Source of the DNA: an uncultured virus (IMG/VR IMGVR_UViG_3300045996_004413)
Lineage: Duplodnaviria > Heunggongvirae > Uroviricota > Caudoviricetes
Length of the DNA stretch: 64,000 nucleotides
Virus record (IMG/VR): IMGVR_UViG_3300045996_004413
Reading direction: 5' to 3' (one strand)
This document shows, piece by piece, positions 47,754 through 56,216 of the stretch. Each line of letters begins with the position of its first letter. Within the stretch, counting starts at the first letter, position 1. The notes under the pieces were generated by a model that did not search any database, was not told where the DNA came from, and saw nothing but the letters and a program-made list of their open reading frames with translations. The position numbers and the translations under genes were made by a program.

Positions 47754-47914
47754 TGGAGTGGTATTGGATTGTTCTCATCGCGGTGTGCCTGCTGAGCATT
47801 ACCCTTGGGCTCCTGGGGCTTATCAACGTAGGCACTGTCTGCGGGCAGTATTTGCGGGACATTCGAAACGAGTTGCGTCGGCAGAACAACGCCAAGGGTT
47901 ACCCGGAGCTTTGA
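47753..47914 (+). CDS. small single-TM protein (53 aa, below ORF track cut-off)
   Basis: TGATG coupling; MEWYWIVLIAVCLLSITLGLLGLINVG...GYPEL*. Confidence 0.6.
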   Translation: MEWYWIVLIAVCLLSITLGLLGLINVGTVCGQYLRDIRNELRRQNNAKGYPEL

Positions 47915-47915
47915 C

Positions 47916-48515
47916 ATGACCCAGACAGCAGAACCCAAAACCGAACACCCGAACCTGGAGATCGTTCGTGACTGCGTGCGCGGTCACTTCCAGGTGATGA
48001 CCGACAAGTTGTGGGGCGAGTATGGCAGCCGGGGCAGGGCCCTGCGGTTTACCCCCACGGGCCTGTCGCGGCTTGCGGCCACCTTCGGGTGGCTCCTGGG
48101 CCTGGCCAACGCCGGCCAGGTCGACGTTGCCGAGTCGCTGGCCAAGGACCTGATCGAAAACCTTGATTACCTGGCCAACTACGGCGGGTACCTCGATAAG
48201 CGGAAGTACTACCCGCATTACATCGTGGAGTTGGCGGACGACGACTTCAACGAGTGGCGGATCGCGTGGCACCGGGCCACCAAGATGGACACGGGCAGCG
48301 AGCATCAGCAGACCGAGTCGTTCAAGAAGTCGCTGTATCGCCTTCGCCCCTCCAACGCCCTTTACCTGGTGCCAACTTTCTACGTGCCGGAAGACCCGCT
48401 GGACATCCACGGGTACGTGTACAACATGAACGGCGGCCTGAACTACAGTGGTCCAGGCGCCGGCGAATTCCAGGCGGTCACGTTCAGCCACAAGGCCTGG
48501 TCCATTAACACCTGA
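47916..48515 (+). CDS. hypothetical phage protein
   Basis: Ends MNGGLNY...WSINT. Confidence 0.7.
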   Translation: MTQTAEPKTEHPNLEIVRDCVRGHFQVMTDKLWGEYGSRGRALRFTPTGLSRLAATFGWLLGLANAGQVDVAESLAKDLIENLDYLANYGGYLDKRKYYPHYIVELADDDFNEWRIAWHRATKMDTGSEHQQTESFKKSLYRLRPSNALYLVPTFYVPEDPLDIHGYVYNMNGGLNYSGPGAGEFQAVTFSHKAWSINT

Positions 48516-48525
48516 CGGAGCAGAC

Positions 48526-50037
48526 ATGCAGAAATACCTAGACCTCGTGAAACTGGTGCTGGACGAGGGCACCCGCAAGGAAAACCGCACCGGCATCGAC
48601 ACCCTCAGTTACTTCGCTGCCATGTTCCGCCACGACATGCAGACCGGCTTCCCGCTGCTGACCACCAAGTCGGTGCACTGGCCCAGCGTGATCCACGAGC
48701 TGCTCTTTTTCTTGGCGGGCGACACCAACCGGAAGTTGCTCAGCGACAAGGGCATAAAAATCTGGAACGACTGGGGTGACGCAAACGGCAATCTTGGCCC
48801 GGTCTACTCCCACCAGTGGCGAAATTTCGGCGGCAAGCATGCCAACCGCCCGCAGCCCAAGCCGCAGATACCCACCGGGCACAGCCCCACAGTTTACGGG
48901 GTCGCCAGTGCCGCAGGGTACTCTCTCGGCACGAATCACACCGACAGCAAATACGGTGAAGAACTGGACAAGCTGTTCATTACGTGGAAGGGGCTGTTGG
49001 CCCGCTGTTATGACCCACAGAAAGACACGTACGCCTATTACGGCGGCCGTGGGGTGTACGTGTGCAACGAGTGGCTTGTTTTTACGCGGTTCGCGGCAGA
49101 CGTACGACAACTGGAAAGCTGGACGGCCAAGGCAGCCGCGTGGGACGATTACCAACTCGACAAGGATGTGGCAGGAGATGGCTTCTGCTACAGCCCCCGC
49201 ACGTGCGTTTGGCTGCATCGTGATGATAACGCCGCGGCCAAGTATCGGAAGATGCACACGTTGCAGCACGACGATGGTCGGGAAGTTGTGATTACAAATC
49301 CGGTGGATTTCTACACCGCCAACGGCATCGCGCAAGGCAACTTCTGTTCAATGCTCCGCGGGGAACGTGAACGTGCCGGGGGTTGGCGACTTGTAAAAAC
49401 TGTCGATCGTGACAAGGGTTTTGATCAGGTCTCGTGGGTCATAGCGGAGCTGAAAAAGAACCCAATGTCTCGCCGCTGTATCGTGTCAGCCTGGAACCCG
49501 TTCGACGTTCCGCACATGGCCCTGCCACCGTGCCATTACACCTTCTGCTTCAACGTGCAGAACGTAAAGCGGCTGGTGTGTGACAAGTGCGGGCACGCAA
49601 GCACACACCCTGCGTATGAGCACTATTCTCCGTGTCCCTCGACGGGATGTGCTCCGGGCGGCCGCTTGCAGGAGACTTTTCGTCGTGAGCTGTGTTTGCA
49701 CTGGACCCAGCGGTCCTGCGACATCGCCCTGGGCATCCCCTTCAACATCGCCTCCTACGCGGCACTGCAGGAGATCATCGCCCGGGAGCTCAAGATGCCC
49801 GCGGGGATCCTCGCTGGCACCTTCGTCGATCTCCACGCGTATACAAGCAAGCCCGATGGCTCCATGGTTGAATACGACCATGTACCGGGGCTGAGAGAGC
49901 AGTTAAAGCGACAACCTGGCGTACTTCCCCGCCTGGAAATCACCGGCGATGCTCCTTGGGACAAATTATCCTTCAACAATTTCCGTCTCATCGGTTACAA
50001 TCCGCAGCCAAAGATTCAATTCAAAGTTGCGGTGTGA
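48526..50037 (+). CDS. thyA: thymidylate synthase with in-frame HNH endonuclease and Zn-ribbon insertions
   Basis: NRTG, FPLLTTK, ELLFFL.G, IWNDW, LGPVY..QWR, DQ...SRR..SAWN, LPPCH, QRSCD, PFNIASY, DLHAY. Confidence 0.93.
   Translation: MQKYLDLVKLVLDEGTRKENRTGIDTLSYFAAMFRHDMQTGFPLLTTKSVHWPSVIHELLFFLAGDTNRKLLSDKGIKIWNDWGDANGNLGPVYSHQWRNFGGKHANRPQPKPQIPTGHSPTVYGVASAAGYSLGTNHTDSKYGEELDKLFITWKGLLARCYDPQKDTYAYYGGRGVYVCNEWLVFTRFAADVRQLESWTAKAAAWDDYQLDKDVAGDGFCYSPRTCVWLHRDDNAAAKYRKMHTLQHDDGREVVITNPVDFYTANGIAQGNFCSMLRGERERAGGWRLVKTVDRDKGFDQVSWVIAELKKNPMSRRCIVSAWNPFDVPHMALPPCHYTFCFNVQNVKRLVCDKCGHASTHPAYEHYSPCPSTGCAPGGRLQETFRRELCLHWTQRSCDIALGIPFNIASYAALQEIIARELKMPAGILAGTFVDLHAYTSKPDGSMVEYDHVPGLREQLKRQPGVLPRLEITGDAPWDKLSFNNFRLIGYNPQPKIQFKVAV
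48835..49416 (+). mobile_element. in-frame HNH-type homing endonuclease domain inserted in thyA
   Basis: WKGLLARCY...YYGGRGVYVCNEW..F..F..D...LDKD...YSPRTCVW...N, then an HTH-like tail; boundaries approximate. Confidence 0.8.
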
Positions 50038-50085
50038 TCCGGACATTTGTCCGGATAAAAGTCCGGAAGACAGAAGGAGGAACGC

Positions 50086-50718
50086 GTGCCGCGATTTCAC
50101 GATGCGGGCAATTGCATCAAGATTGCCCGGTTGCTGGACTCTAAAACACTCAGTAAACAGGAGATATCACGACTCACCAATTTATCCCCGGAGAAGGTCA
50201 AGCGACTCCTCAACCAGCTTCGCCGCCGAGGGCTCGCAACGCTGATCCCAAGGCACGTGGACAGCAAGTATTGCGGCAAGCCGTTCGATCCCAGCGTTTT
50301 CCAGGTCCGCCCCAAAAAGCGGTCCGTGGATGACGCGTTTAAGCTGCTGATCCTGGGCTACATGCGGCTGGCCAAGGTTCCGCGAACTGCCCGGGCGGTG
50401 GCCCGGGCCATGAACATCAAATCAGTTGAGAAGGTCCGGCGGGCGCTTCGTGATCTGCATCACGAGGGCCTGCTGGTGAAGCTCCGGCTGCGGAGTCATC
50501 GGGACGCAAGCAGTTTCTTCCACCGGCCGCGTCCGATGTACATGGCGAAAGGGAAAGAGGATGCCGCCCCCGTCATCACTGAGAAGGTACGAGATCCCCG
50601 TCAGATTCGACGGCGCGATCCTGATCAACGCCGAAAGCTACGAGATCGCCAAGCTGGTAGCCTGCCTCGGGCTGAAAATGAGCCACGGGTACAACCCGGA
50701 CTGGCGTCGTCAAATTAG
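50086..50718 (+). CDS. tandem winged-HTH DNA-binding protein
   Basis: LSKQEISRLTNLSPEKVKRLLNQLRRRGL and TARAVARAMNIKSVEKVRRALRDLHHEGL; AGGAGG RBS. Confidence 0.75.
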   Translation: MPRFHDAGNCIKIARLLDSKTLSKQEISRLTNLSPEKVKRLLNQLRRRGLATLIPRHVDSKYCGKPFDPSVFQVRPKKRSVDDAFKLLILGYMRLAKVPRTARAVARAMNIKSVEKVRRALRDLHHEGLLVKLRLRSHRDASSFFHRPRPMYMAKGKEDAAPVITEKVRDPRQIRRRDPDQRRKLRDRQAGSLPRAENEPRVQPGLASSN

Positions 50719-51127
50719 GCGAAATGCCCTCCCGAAGTACGTGTCGCTGGACATGGTGGACTCCCGCCTGGCTGGCCAGCACGAGTCGTTCACCCAGATC
50801 TTCGGGCTCTCCTGCGTTCCGGACGACAAGCAGTCGCTGGTGCTCCCCGCCGCCCTGCAGGACTCCGGGCACGTGCAATACATCGGCGTGCCGGAAATTC
50901 CACGGCCCATCGTGGAACGGATCGTGGTGGTCTCTGTCGAGAACGTCTCCTACGTCTTCTGCATCGAGGCAGAGGGGTGGGTGAAGGTCGACGAGGTCGT
51001 CGAAAAGTTGCGGGCCGGGCTCGCACAGGCCCTGAAGGAATGCAAGGTGGAGTCATTCCTCCTGTCGCTCCAGCAGGATGACGTACAGGTCAGGGCCGTT
51101 CACAACGCCATCTTCACCGAAGCCTGA
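50561..51127 (+). CDS. hypothetical protein
   Basis: 188 aa; overlaps the HTH gene tail. Confidence 0.55.
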   Translation: MPPPSSLRRYEIPVRFDGAILINAESYEIAKLVACLGLKMSHGYNPDWRRQIRRNALPKYVSLDMVDSRLAGQHESFTQIFGLSCVPDDKQSLVLPAALQDSGHVQYIGVPEIPRPIVERIVVVSVENVSYVFCIEAEGWVKVDEVVEKLRAGLAQALKECKVESFLLSLQQDDVQVRAVHNAIFTEA

Positions 51128-51138
51128 CAGGAGCCATT

Positions 51139-51447
51139 GTGGGAAAGGCCAAGCTACCCCGCAGCATCACCCCAAGAGAACTGGCGCACGCCAAGGGCCA
51201 GTGCAGCGCCCCGTGCGTGCTGGGCAAGCCCAATGAATGGGACAGCTGGTTTCCGCAGTTGATCCCGCTGCGACTTAACAAGTCCGTGACCCTCATCACA
51301 GCGCGGCATATCCAGGAATACGCAAAGGCCCGGTTAGACGACGTCGACGACCCGCACCGGTTTGTCGAAGCTGCTCAATGCCTGACTTTACTGCATGTCC
51401 TGGGGTCGCCCTCACCGGACACGGTGATCACTTCTACCCATGGGTGA
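51139..51447 (+). CDS. hypothetical protein
   Basis: AGGAG RBS. Confidence 0.6.
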   Translation: MGKAKLPRSITPRELAHAKGQCSAPCVLGKPNEWDSWFPQLIPLRLNKSVTLITARHIQEYAKARLDDVDDPHRFVEAAQCLTLLHVLGSPSPDTVITSTHG

Positions 51448-51689
51448 CCGTGGAAAAGTACATGCTTCTTTTGTCGGTCCCGATCGAGGCCACCGACCAG
51501 CGGGCTGCCATCGCTGCCCAGCTCGCGATGTTCAACCAGATCAAGGTGTTTCTTTCCCGCGGCATCAGGGACTCGGAATACGTGATTCCACCCCTGAACG
51601 ACGCGGAGTTTCCAATGCGAGGACAGGTAGTATTACTTGCAGATTTACTTAATCGACACACCCCCGACCACCCAGCAGGAGGCGGGTGA
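51444..51689 (+). CDS. hypothetical protein
   Basis: GTGA overlap; start uncertain. Confidence 0.45.
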   Translation: MTVEKYMLLLSVPIEATDQRAAIAAQLAMFNQIKVFLSRGIRDSEYVIPPLNDAEFPMRGQVVLLADLLNRHTPDHPAGGG

Positions 51690-51966
51690 TCGCCCCATCC
51701 TGAGGCGAGCTGTAGTGATCTCCATCAGCGAGGATGGGGCGCTTAAAGCGTTGCTCCGCGCCATTCAGGGCGCGGAGATGTTCAGCGGGTTCAAAGACGA
51801 AGATCGTTTCAACCGGCCCGACGACAAGCCCTACTTTAACCAGGACACCTGTGAGATCGTGGCCTTGGGCAAGTGCTCAAGGCCTGGCACCTCGCGTGTG
51901 GTGACCTGGGAACTCCTCCCGCCGGAGAGCGAAGAGGACGGTAACGATTTCCCGGAGCCTACGTAA
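51637..51966 (+). CDS. hypothetical protein
   Basis: 109 aa. Confidence 0.55.
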   Translation: MQIYLIDTPPTTQQEAGDRPILRRAVVISISEDGALKALLRAIQGAEMFSGFKDEDRFNRPDDKPYFNQDTCEIVALGKCSRPGTSRVVTWELLPPESEEDGNDFPEPT

Positions 51967-51974
51967 AACAAGAG

Positions 51975-52676
51975 TTGTACCCCATGCCGAGTTTGCTCAG
52001 CGAGGGAAACACGAAAACCGGAAGACGGATCGCCATCTTCAATCTTCCCCGGGTGGGCACATGCCCGGGGGCCACGGAACTGTGCATTTCAAAATGTTAC
52101 GCGAAGGCATTCAAACGCTTCCCGTCGGCGACGGACGCCCACGCCAAGCGGTTTGAGCTCAGTAAAGACCCGCACTTCGCGGAACGCGTGATCGAAGAAA
52201 TCCAAGGGGAGAAACACCGTGTTGTGAGAATTCACAGCGTTGGCGATTTCTACAGCGCGGGGTACACCCGGGCGTGGATCAAGATCGCCAAGGCCTGCCC
52301 CGAGACCGTGTTCTTTGCCTACACCCGCAGTTGGCGGGTCGCCCGCGTCTTGCGGGCCTTGCAGGATCTTCGCCGGCTTCCCAACGTCCAGCTTTGGTGG
52401 AGCCAGGACAAGGAGACCGGGCAGCCGCCCGAGGGCCTGGTCGCATACATGGCGATCGCCGACGACGACATCCCCCCGGATCTGCCGGACCTGTTTTTCC
52501 GCACCAGCCGCAAGACGCTGCAGCTGAACGTCCTCGGGGTGGCAGTATGCCCCAAGGAGAATGGGCACTCGGGCAACAAGAAGTTGACCTGCGCCACCTG
52601 TCGGCTGTGCTTCTCCAATGCTTTGCACGCCACGGGCCAACCGGCGCCGCCGCAGCTTTTAAGAACCCCGCATTAA
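51975..52676 (+). CDS. GP88-family (radical-SAM-like) phage protein
   Basis: GNTKTG..FNLP..TCPGATELCISKCYA, RIHSVGDFYS, AYTR, C..CRLC. Confidence 0.8.
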   Translation: MYPMPSLLSEGNTKTGRRIAIFNLPRVGTCPGATELCISKCYAKAFKRFPSATDAHAKRFELSKDPHFAERVIEEIQGEKHRVVRIHSVGDFYSAGYTRAWIKIAKACPETVFFAYTRSWRVARVLRALQDLRRLPNVQLWWSQDKETGQPPEGLVAYMAIADDDIPPDLPDLFFRTSRKTLQLNVLGVAVCPKENGHSGNKKLTCATCRLCFSNALHATGQPAPPQLLRTPH

Positions 52677-52680
52677 CTTA

Positions 52681-52724
52681 AAAGCCGGGTGGGGAGGGTC
52701 TTTACTGACGCCCCACCCGGCTTT
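52681..52724. terminator. terminator-like hairpin (possibly bidirectional)
   Basis: aaagccgggtgggg / ccccacccggcttt 14 bp perfect stem. Confidence 0.7.
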
Positions 52725-52765
52725 ACAATGTGTAAACTACTTTACGTTTTGGCTGCGGGGCGCAA

Positions 52766-53263
52766 ATGATCAAAGCTGGTGAGGTCATTGACCCGGGCAT
52801 CGACACCTACTGCATTACCAGAGGGTTCGTGGAAGTCAGCCGCGATGACCGCACGCTGGCAATCTTGCAGCCCGGGGATGTTGTTAAATGCTCCGAGCGA
52901 GTCTACCGCGCCCTCACGGATGTTGAAATTGCATCGCTGACGTACAGCGACCGCCTGGTGACATACCAGGAGGCAACAGAAGAGCACCTGTGGGAGTGGA
53001 TCGCCCTCGCCCAGCAACCGGCAGAAAAACGGTTCTGGTATGTGCTCAAGATGCTCACCGCTGCCACGGGCAGCACCCGGGTGACGTTGACAGACTTGGG
53101 GCGGGTCTGCGGCATTCACCGAATTTGGGCGGGAAAAATCTTGGCTGATCTCAGCCATTCTGGGAAGATAGCTCGCAAGGGTCGAACCATCCACATCCTT
53201 GGAGACACAGCATGCGAGCAGCCCAGTCGCAAGTCCCGGTCCCTAAGCTCGACAAGCACCTGA
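52766..53263 (+). CDS. Crp/Fnr-family transcription regulator-like protein
   Basis: YCITRGFVEV...LAILQPGDV cNMP-barrel pattern; AEKR; LTDLGRVCGIHRIWAGKILADL..GKI HTH. Confidence 0.75.
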   Translation: MIKAGEVIDPGIDTYCITRGFVEVSRDDRTLAILQPGDVVKCSERVYRALTDVEIASLTYSDRLVTYQEATEEHLWEWIALAQQPAEKRFWYVLKMLTAATGSTRVTLTDLGRVCGIHRIWAGKILADLSHSGKIARKGRTIHILGDTACEQPSRKSRSLSSTST

Positions 53264-53484
53264 AAATCAACGACAAAATCCACCCCGCCTGCATCAAGCG
53301 GCAGCCGGTCGTCATCACGAAGACGTGCATGCTGTGCCGCAAAGACTTCAAATCTACAGGTGCCTATCACTGCAGGCGATGCCAGCCGATCGTCGAGCGG
53401 CGGGCCAACGAGATCCCCGGCCGCCGCGGATCGGTCCACGGTATCGACACCAGTTTCATTGAAGCCGAGACTCAACTGGACTAA
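53212..53484 (+). CDS. small Zn-finger protein
   Basis: CMLCRKDF.S....CRRC. Confidence 0.6.
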   Translation: MRAAQSQVPVPKLDKHLKINDKIHPACIKRQPVVITKTCMLCRKDFKSTGAYHCRRCQPIVERRANEIPGRRGSVHGIDTSFIEAETQLD

Positions 53485-53505
53485 GGCTCAGCGGAGTTGT
53501 ATGCT
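53477..53505 (+). promoter_or_regulatory. sigma70-like promoter
   Basis: TGGACT-N17-TATGCT. Confidence 0.4.
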
Positions 53506-53802
53506 TTGTGCCATGTCAGTTGCTGGAATTTGTCTCGGCGTCGGAAAAGCATCAGTACACGTTCTAAAACCGAATCAGACGGGTGAGTTTTCTCGCGTGT
53601 CCGGTGCGGAGGCGGCGTCCAACGAGAGTGCGCACATCGCCTTCTTAAACGGTAAAAACCCCGTCGCTTTGGCCCACGGGTGCAACTGCTTTTTTGTTGC
53701 CCCCGGCGTGCCGCTTCTAATCGAGCTGGGCAAGATCTCGATCTGCACAGACGATCGTCTTTTACTTCGGAAAGGTTTGTCATGCTTTTGAAAGGAACCC
53801 GC

Positions 53803-54327
53803 ATGATCTCACGAACGCCCCGTTTTATCCTCATTCTCCTGACCCTCGTCGCTCTTCCCTTCCTCGGCGCCGGCTGCGCCAACATCCAGACCCCCCAGGA
53901 CCTCCAGGTCGCCGTGTACAACGGCTCGTACATGTCGGCTTGGGCGGCCACCAAGGTCACGATCAAGAACAAGATCGTCACCCCCGAGCAGGCGACGAAA
54001 GTCCAGGAAACGCTCGCCTCCCTCACGCCCGTCGTTACCGACGTCGCCAACACCGACAACCTGCTTGTCACCGTTTACCCCCTGTGTGAACGCGTTATCG
54101 CCACCCGGATCGCCGACCCGGTCGCCCAGTCGCTGGCGATGGCCGCCGCTGCGGCAGCCCTGCAGACCGCCCAGCAGGCGATCGATAAGAACCCGGACAT
54201 CCGCAATGACAAGCAGCAACTCGGCAATCTTCTGGCCAACGTGATGCGCGGCGCCTCTGACGGCATCAAGGGCGGCTTGGCATCCCCGGCTACCACGCAG
54301 CCTCTCCCGCCCCCGGTTATCCACTGA
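53803..54327 (+). CDS. putative lipoprotein
   Basis: Signal peptide with lipobox-like LGAGC. Confidence 0.7.
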   Translation: MISRTPRFILILLTLVALPFLGAGCANIQTPQDLQVAVYNGSYMSAWAATKVTIKNKIVTPEQATKVQETLASLTPVVTDVANTDNLLVTVYPLCERVIATRIADPVAQSLAMAAAAAALQTAQQAIDKNPDIRNDKQQLGNLLANVMRGASDGIKGGLASPATTQPLPPPVIH

Positions 54328-54393
54328 AGACTCCTCCGAAAGGCCCCGGGCCGGGAAACCACCCGGGGCCGCCTCTTTTAACCTGGAGCCCCC

Positions 54394-54909
54394 ATGAAAT
54401 CTTTCCTTCTCACGTGTCTTCTCCTGCTGACGATCTGCTTTGGCGGGTGCAGCAGCAACAAGGTGGTCAACGAGCACTCGCAATCGCTCGCTGCTGCCCT
54501 CGACGCCGCATCAAACGACGTCAGGGCTGACGCCGAAGCGTACACCCGCTGGTACAGCGAGCTGATCTCTATGCAGATCAACACGGCGCAAGACGCCGCC
54601 CTCGAGGTGCTGGCCAAAAACGGCAACCTGACCGAGGAGAACCGGGCGATCGTTTCCAAGGTGTTTGACGGCAAGCGGCACGAGTTGGTCAAGGCGATGA
54701 CCAGGATTCGTGACGCGTACGGCACCAGGGTTCAATTCCTGAAAAGTGCCTCGCAGCTCACACTGGCCATCGACGAATACCACCGGACCAAGGCCAACGC
54801 CCCCTGGGCGGTTATCAGCGGTTCGACCACCAGCGTCCTGAAAACCAACGCGGCCCAGATGACCACGCTGCTGCAGAAGATGCTGCAGCAACCCATCCAA
54901 CAGCGGTGA
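54394..54909 (+). CDS. putative lipoprotein, helical
   Basis: MKSFLLTCLLLLTICFGGC lipobox. Confidence 0.7.
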   Translation: MKSFLLTCLLLLTICFGGCSSNKVVNEHSQSLAAALDAASNDVRADAEAYTRWYSELISMQINTAQDAALEVLAKNGNLTEENRAIVSKVFDGKRHELVKAMTRIRDAYGTRVQFLKSASQLTLAIDEYHRTKANAPWAVISGSTTSVLKTNAAQMTTLLQKMLQQPIQQR

Positions 54910-54913
54910 CACG

Positions 54914-55312
54914 ATGTCCCTTGTATTGACCCCTGAACAGGAGCGACTCGCCGCGGAACTCAAAGCGGCGACCACCAAGATCTCGGCCGTCGCCTCGCTC
55001 CTGGCTGACAGCCTGAAAACCACCGAGCAGCAGGTGTACAAAAAGCACCTGCTGCAGGCGATCGATGCGCTGCCGCCGGCCGATTACGAAAAGCTGACCC
55101 GTGACCCCGCGGCGCTGGCGACGGCGCTGGCATCCAGGCTGATCATTCAGCCCCACGTGCCGGGCAGCCCCAGCACAGCCTTCGATACCGATGCGGCTCT
55201 CAAGGATGTCGCGGCGGCCCAGCAGCAAGTGAACCAAACGATCGCCGAGGCCCAGATCGTCGTCAAAACGGTCAGCAACCTGCTGATCTCTCTCGGACTA
55301 GCGGCCCTTTGA
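54914..55312 (+). CDS. hypothetical protein with hydrophobic C-terminus
   Basis: 132 aa helical; ends LLISLGLAAL. Confidence 0.65.
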   Translation: MSLVLTPEQERLAAELKAATTKISAVASLLADSLKTTEQQVYKKHLLQAIDALPPADYEKLTRDPAALATALASRLIIQPHVPGSPSTAFDTDAALKDVAAAQQQVNQTIAEAQIVVKTVSNLLISLGLAAL

Positions 55313-55319
55313 GGCAGGT

Positions 55320-56216
55320 ATGAATAAGCGGATCATCGACCGACGGACCGGGGTCGAGTCCAAGGACTTGCCAAAGTTCAACCTCGGCCGCGTCCAAGAA
55401 TGCCTGCCGCGTATAAGGCAACTCCTGCTTCCCCTCGCGGGCCGCAAGGTGACTCCCGAGGAATTCCAACCGCTGGTGGCGGCCCTGCAGGAAAACACAA
55501 CGGCAGCAATACCCCTGCCCCGGCTTGCCGGGGCGCTGAGCATCCTGACAACCCTCACCCCCGACCTGCGGTATCTCGAATTTCTGGCGGAGCGGTTGGC
55601 AGGCAACATCGATCGACTGATCCACGACCCGACGATGTCAGTGGATCCAGTCAGTGCCCCGGACGGCTGGTGTGCCGGGAAAATATTGGAAGTGGAAAAG
55701 GCGATCTCCCGTGCAGGCTGGATGCGAAAAGCCATCGTGCACGCGGAGTGCGGTCACTGGGCGGGCTCCGACATCCCCCTGACCATGACCGAGAAGTCGG
55801 CCCACATCGTGGCAACGCACATCGGCTTTAGCCGGCGGCACAAGCCACTGCAATACCATCGCCCGACGGATTTCACAGGGCTGCGGATCTGCATCCTCGT
55901 CGTCGGCAACGACGCCTGGGGGCCCCGGGCTGAGAATTACGGAGCGACCGCGGCCCAGATTGCGTTGAACCGCAAGCTGATCAAAGGCCGTAACCTGCGA
56001 CCCTGCCCGATCGGCATCATCCCCCGCGACTGCGAGGGGTGCCCGAAGGGACAAGACGAGTGCCCGCTGGCGATCCGGGCAGTCACCTGGCAGAAAGGCA
56101 CCTGCCCGGTGTGCAAGAAAGAGCGGATCATGAACCCGCGGTATCCTAACCAGTGCCCCTACTGTCGGATGGCCCAACTCACCGTTCGTTTGAAGGAGTT
56201 ACAAAGTGGTGGTTAA
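55320..56216 (+). CDS. hypothetical protein with Cys-rich C-terminus
   Basis: CP..CEGCP..CP, CPVC...CPYC. Confidence 0.7.
   Translation: MNKRIIDRRTGVESKDLPKFNLGRVQECLPRIRQLLLPLAGRKVTPEEFQPLVAALQENTTAAIPLPRLAGALSILTTLTPDLRYLEFLAERLAGNIDRLIHDPTMSVDPVSAPDGWCAGKILEVEKAISRAGWMRKAIVHAECGHWAGSDIPLTMTEKSAHIVATHIGFSRRHKPLQYHRPTDFTGLRICILVVGNDAWGPRAENYGATAAQIALNRKLIKGRNLRPCPIGIIPRDCEGCPKGQDECPLAIRAVTWQKGTCPVCKKERIMNPRYPNQCPYCRMAQLTVRLKELQSGG

Noticed and set aside
48835..49416. Canonical intein in thyA
   Set aside because: No N-terminal Cys/Ser block A, no terminal His-Asn followed by Cys/Ser/Thr, and no room for a Hint domain besides the HNH.
48526..50037. dCMP hydroxymethylase rather than ThyA
   Set aside because: Retains Asn in PFNIASY, the dUMP-specificity residue; dCMP enzymes have Asp there.
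53513..53791. Possible 92 aa ORF or ncRNA between the Zn-finger and lipoprotein genes
   Set aside because: No clear RBS, atypical codon usage and no motif; cannot be decided from sequence alone.
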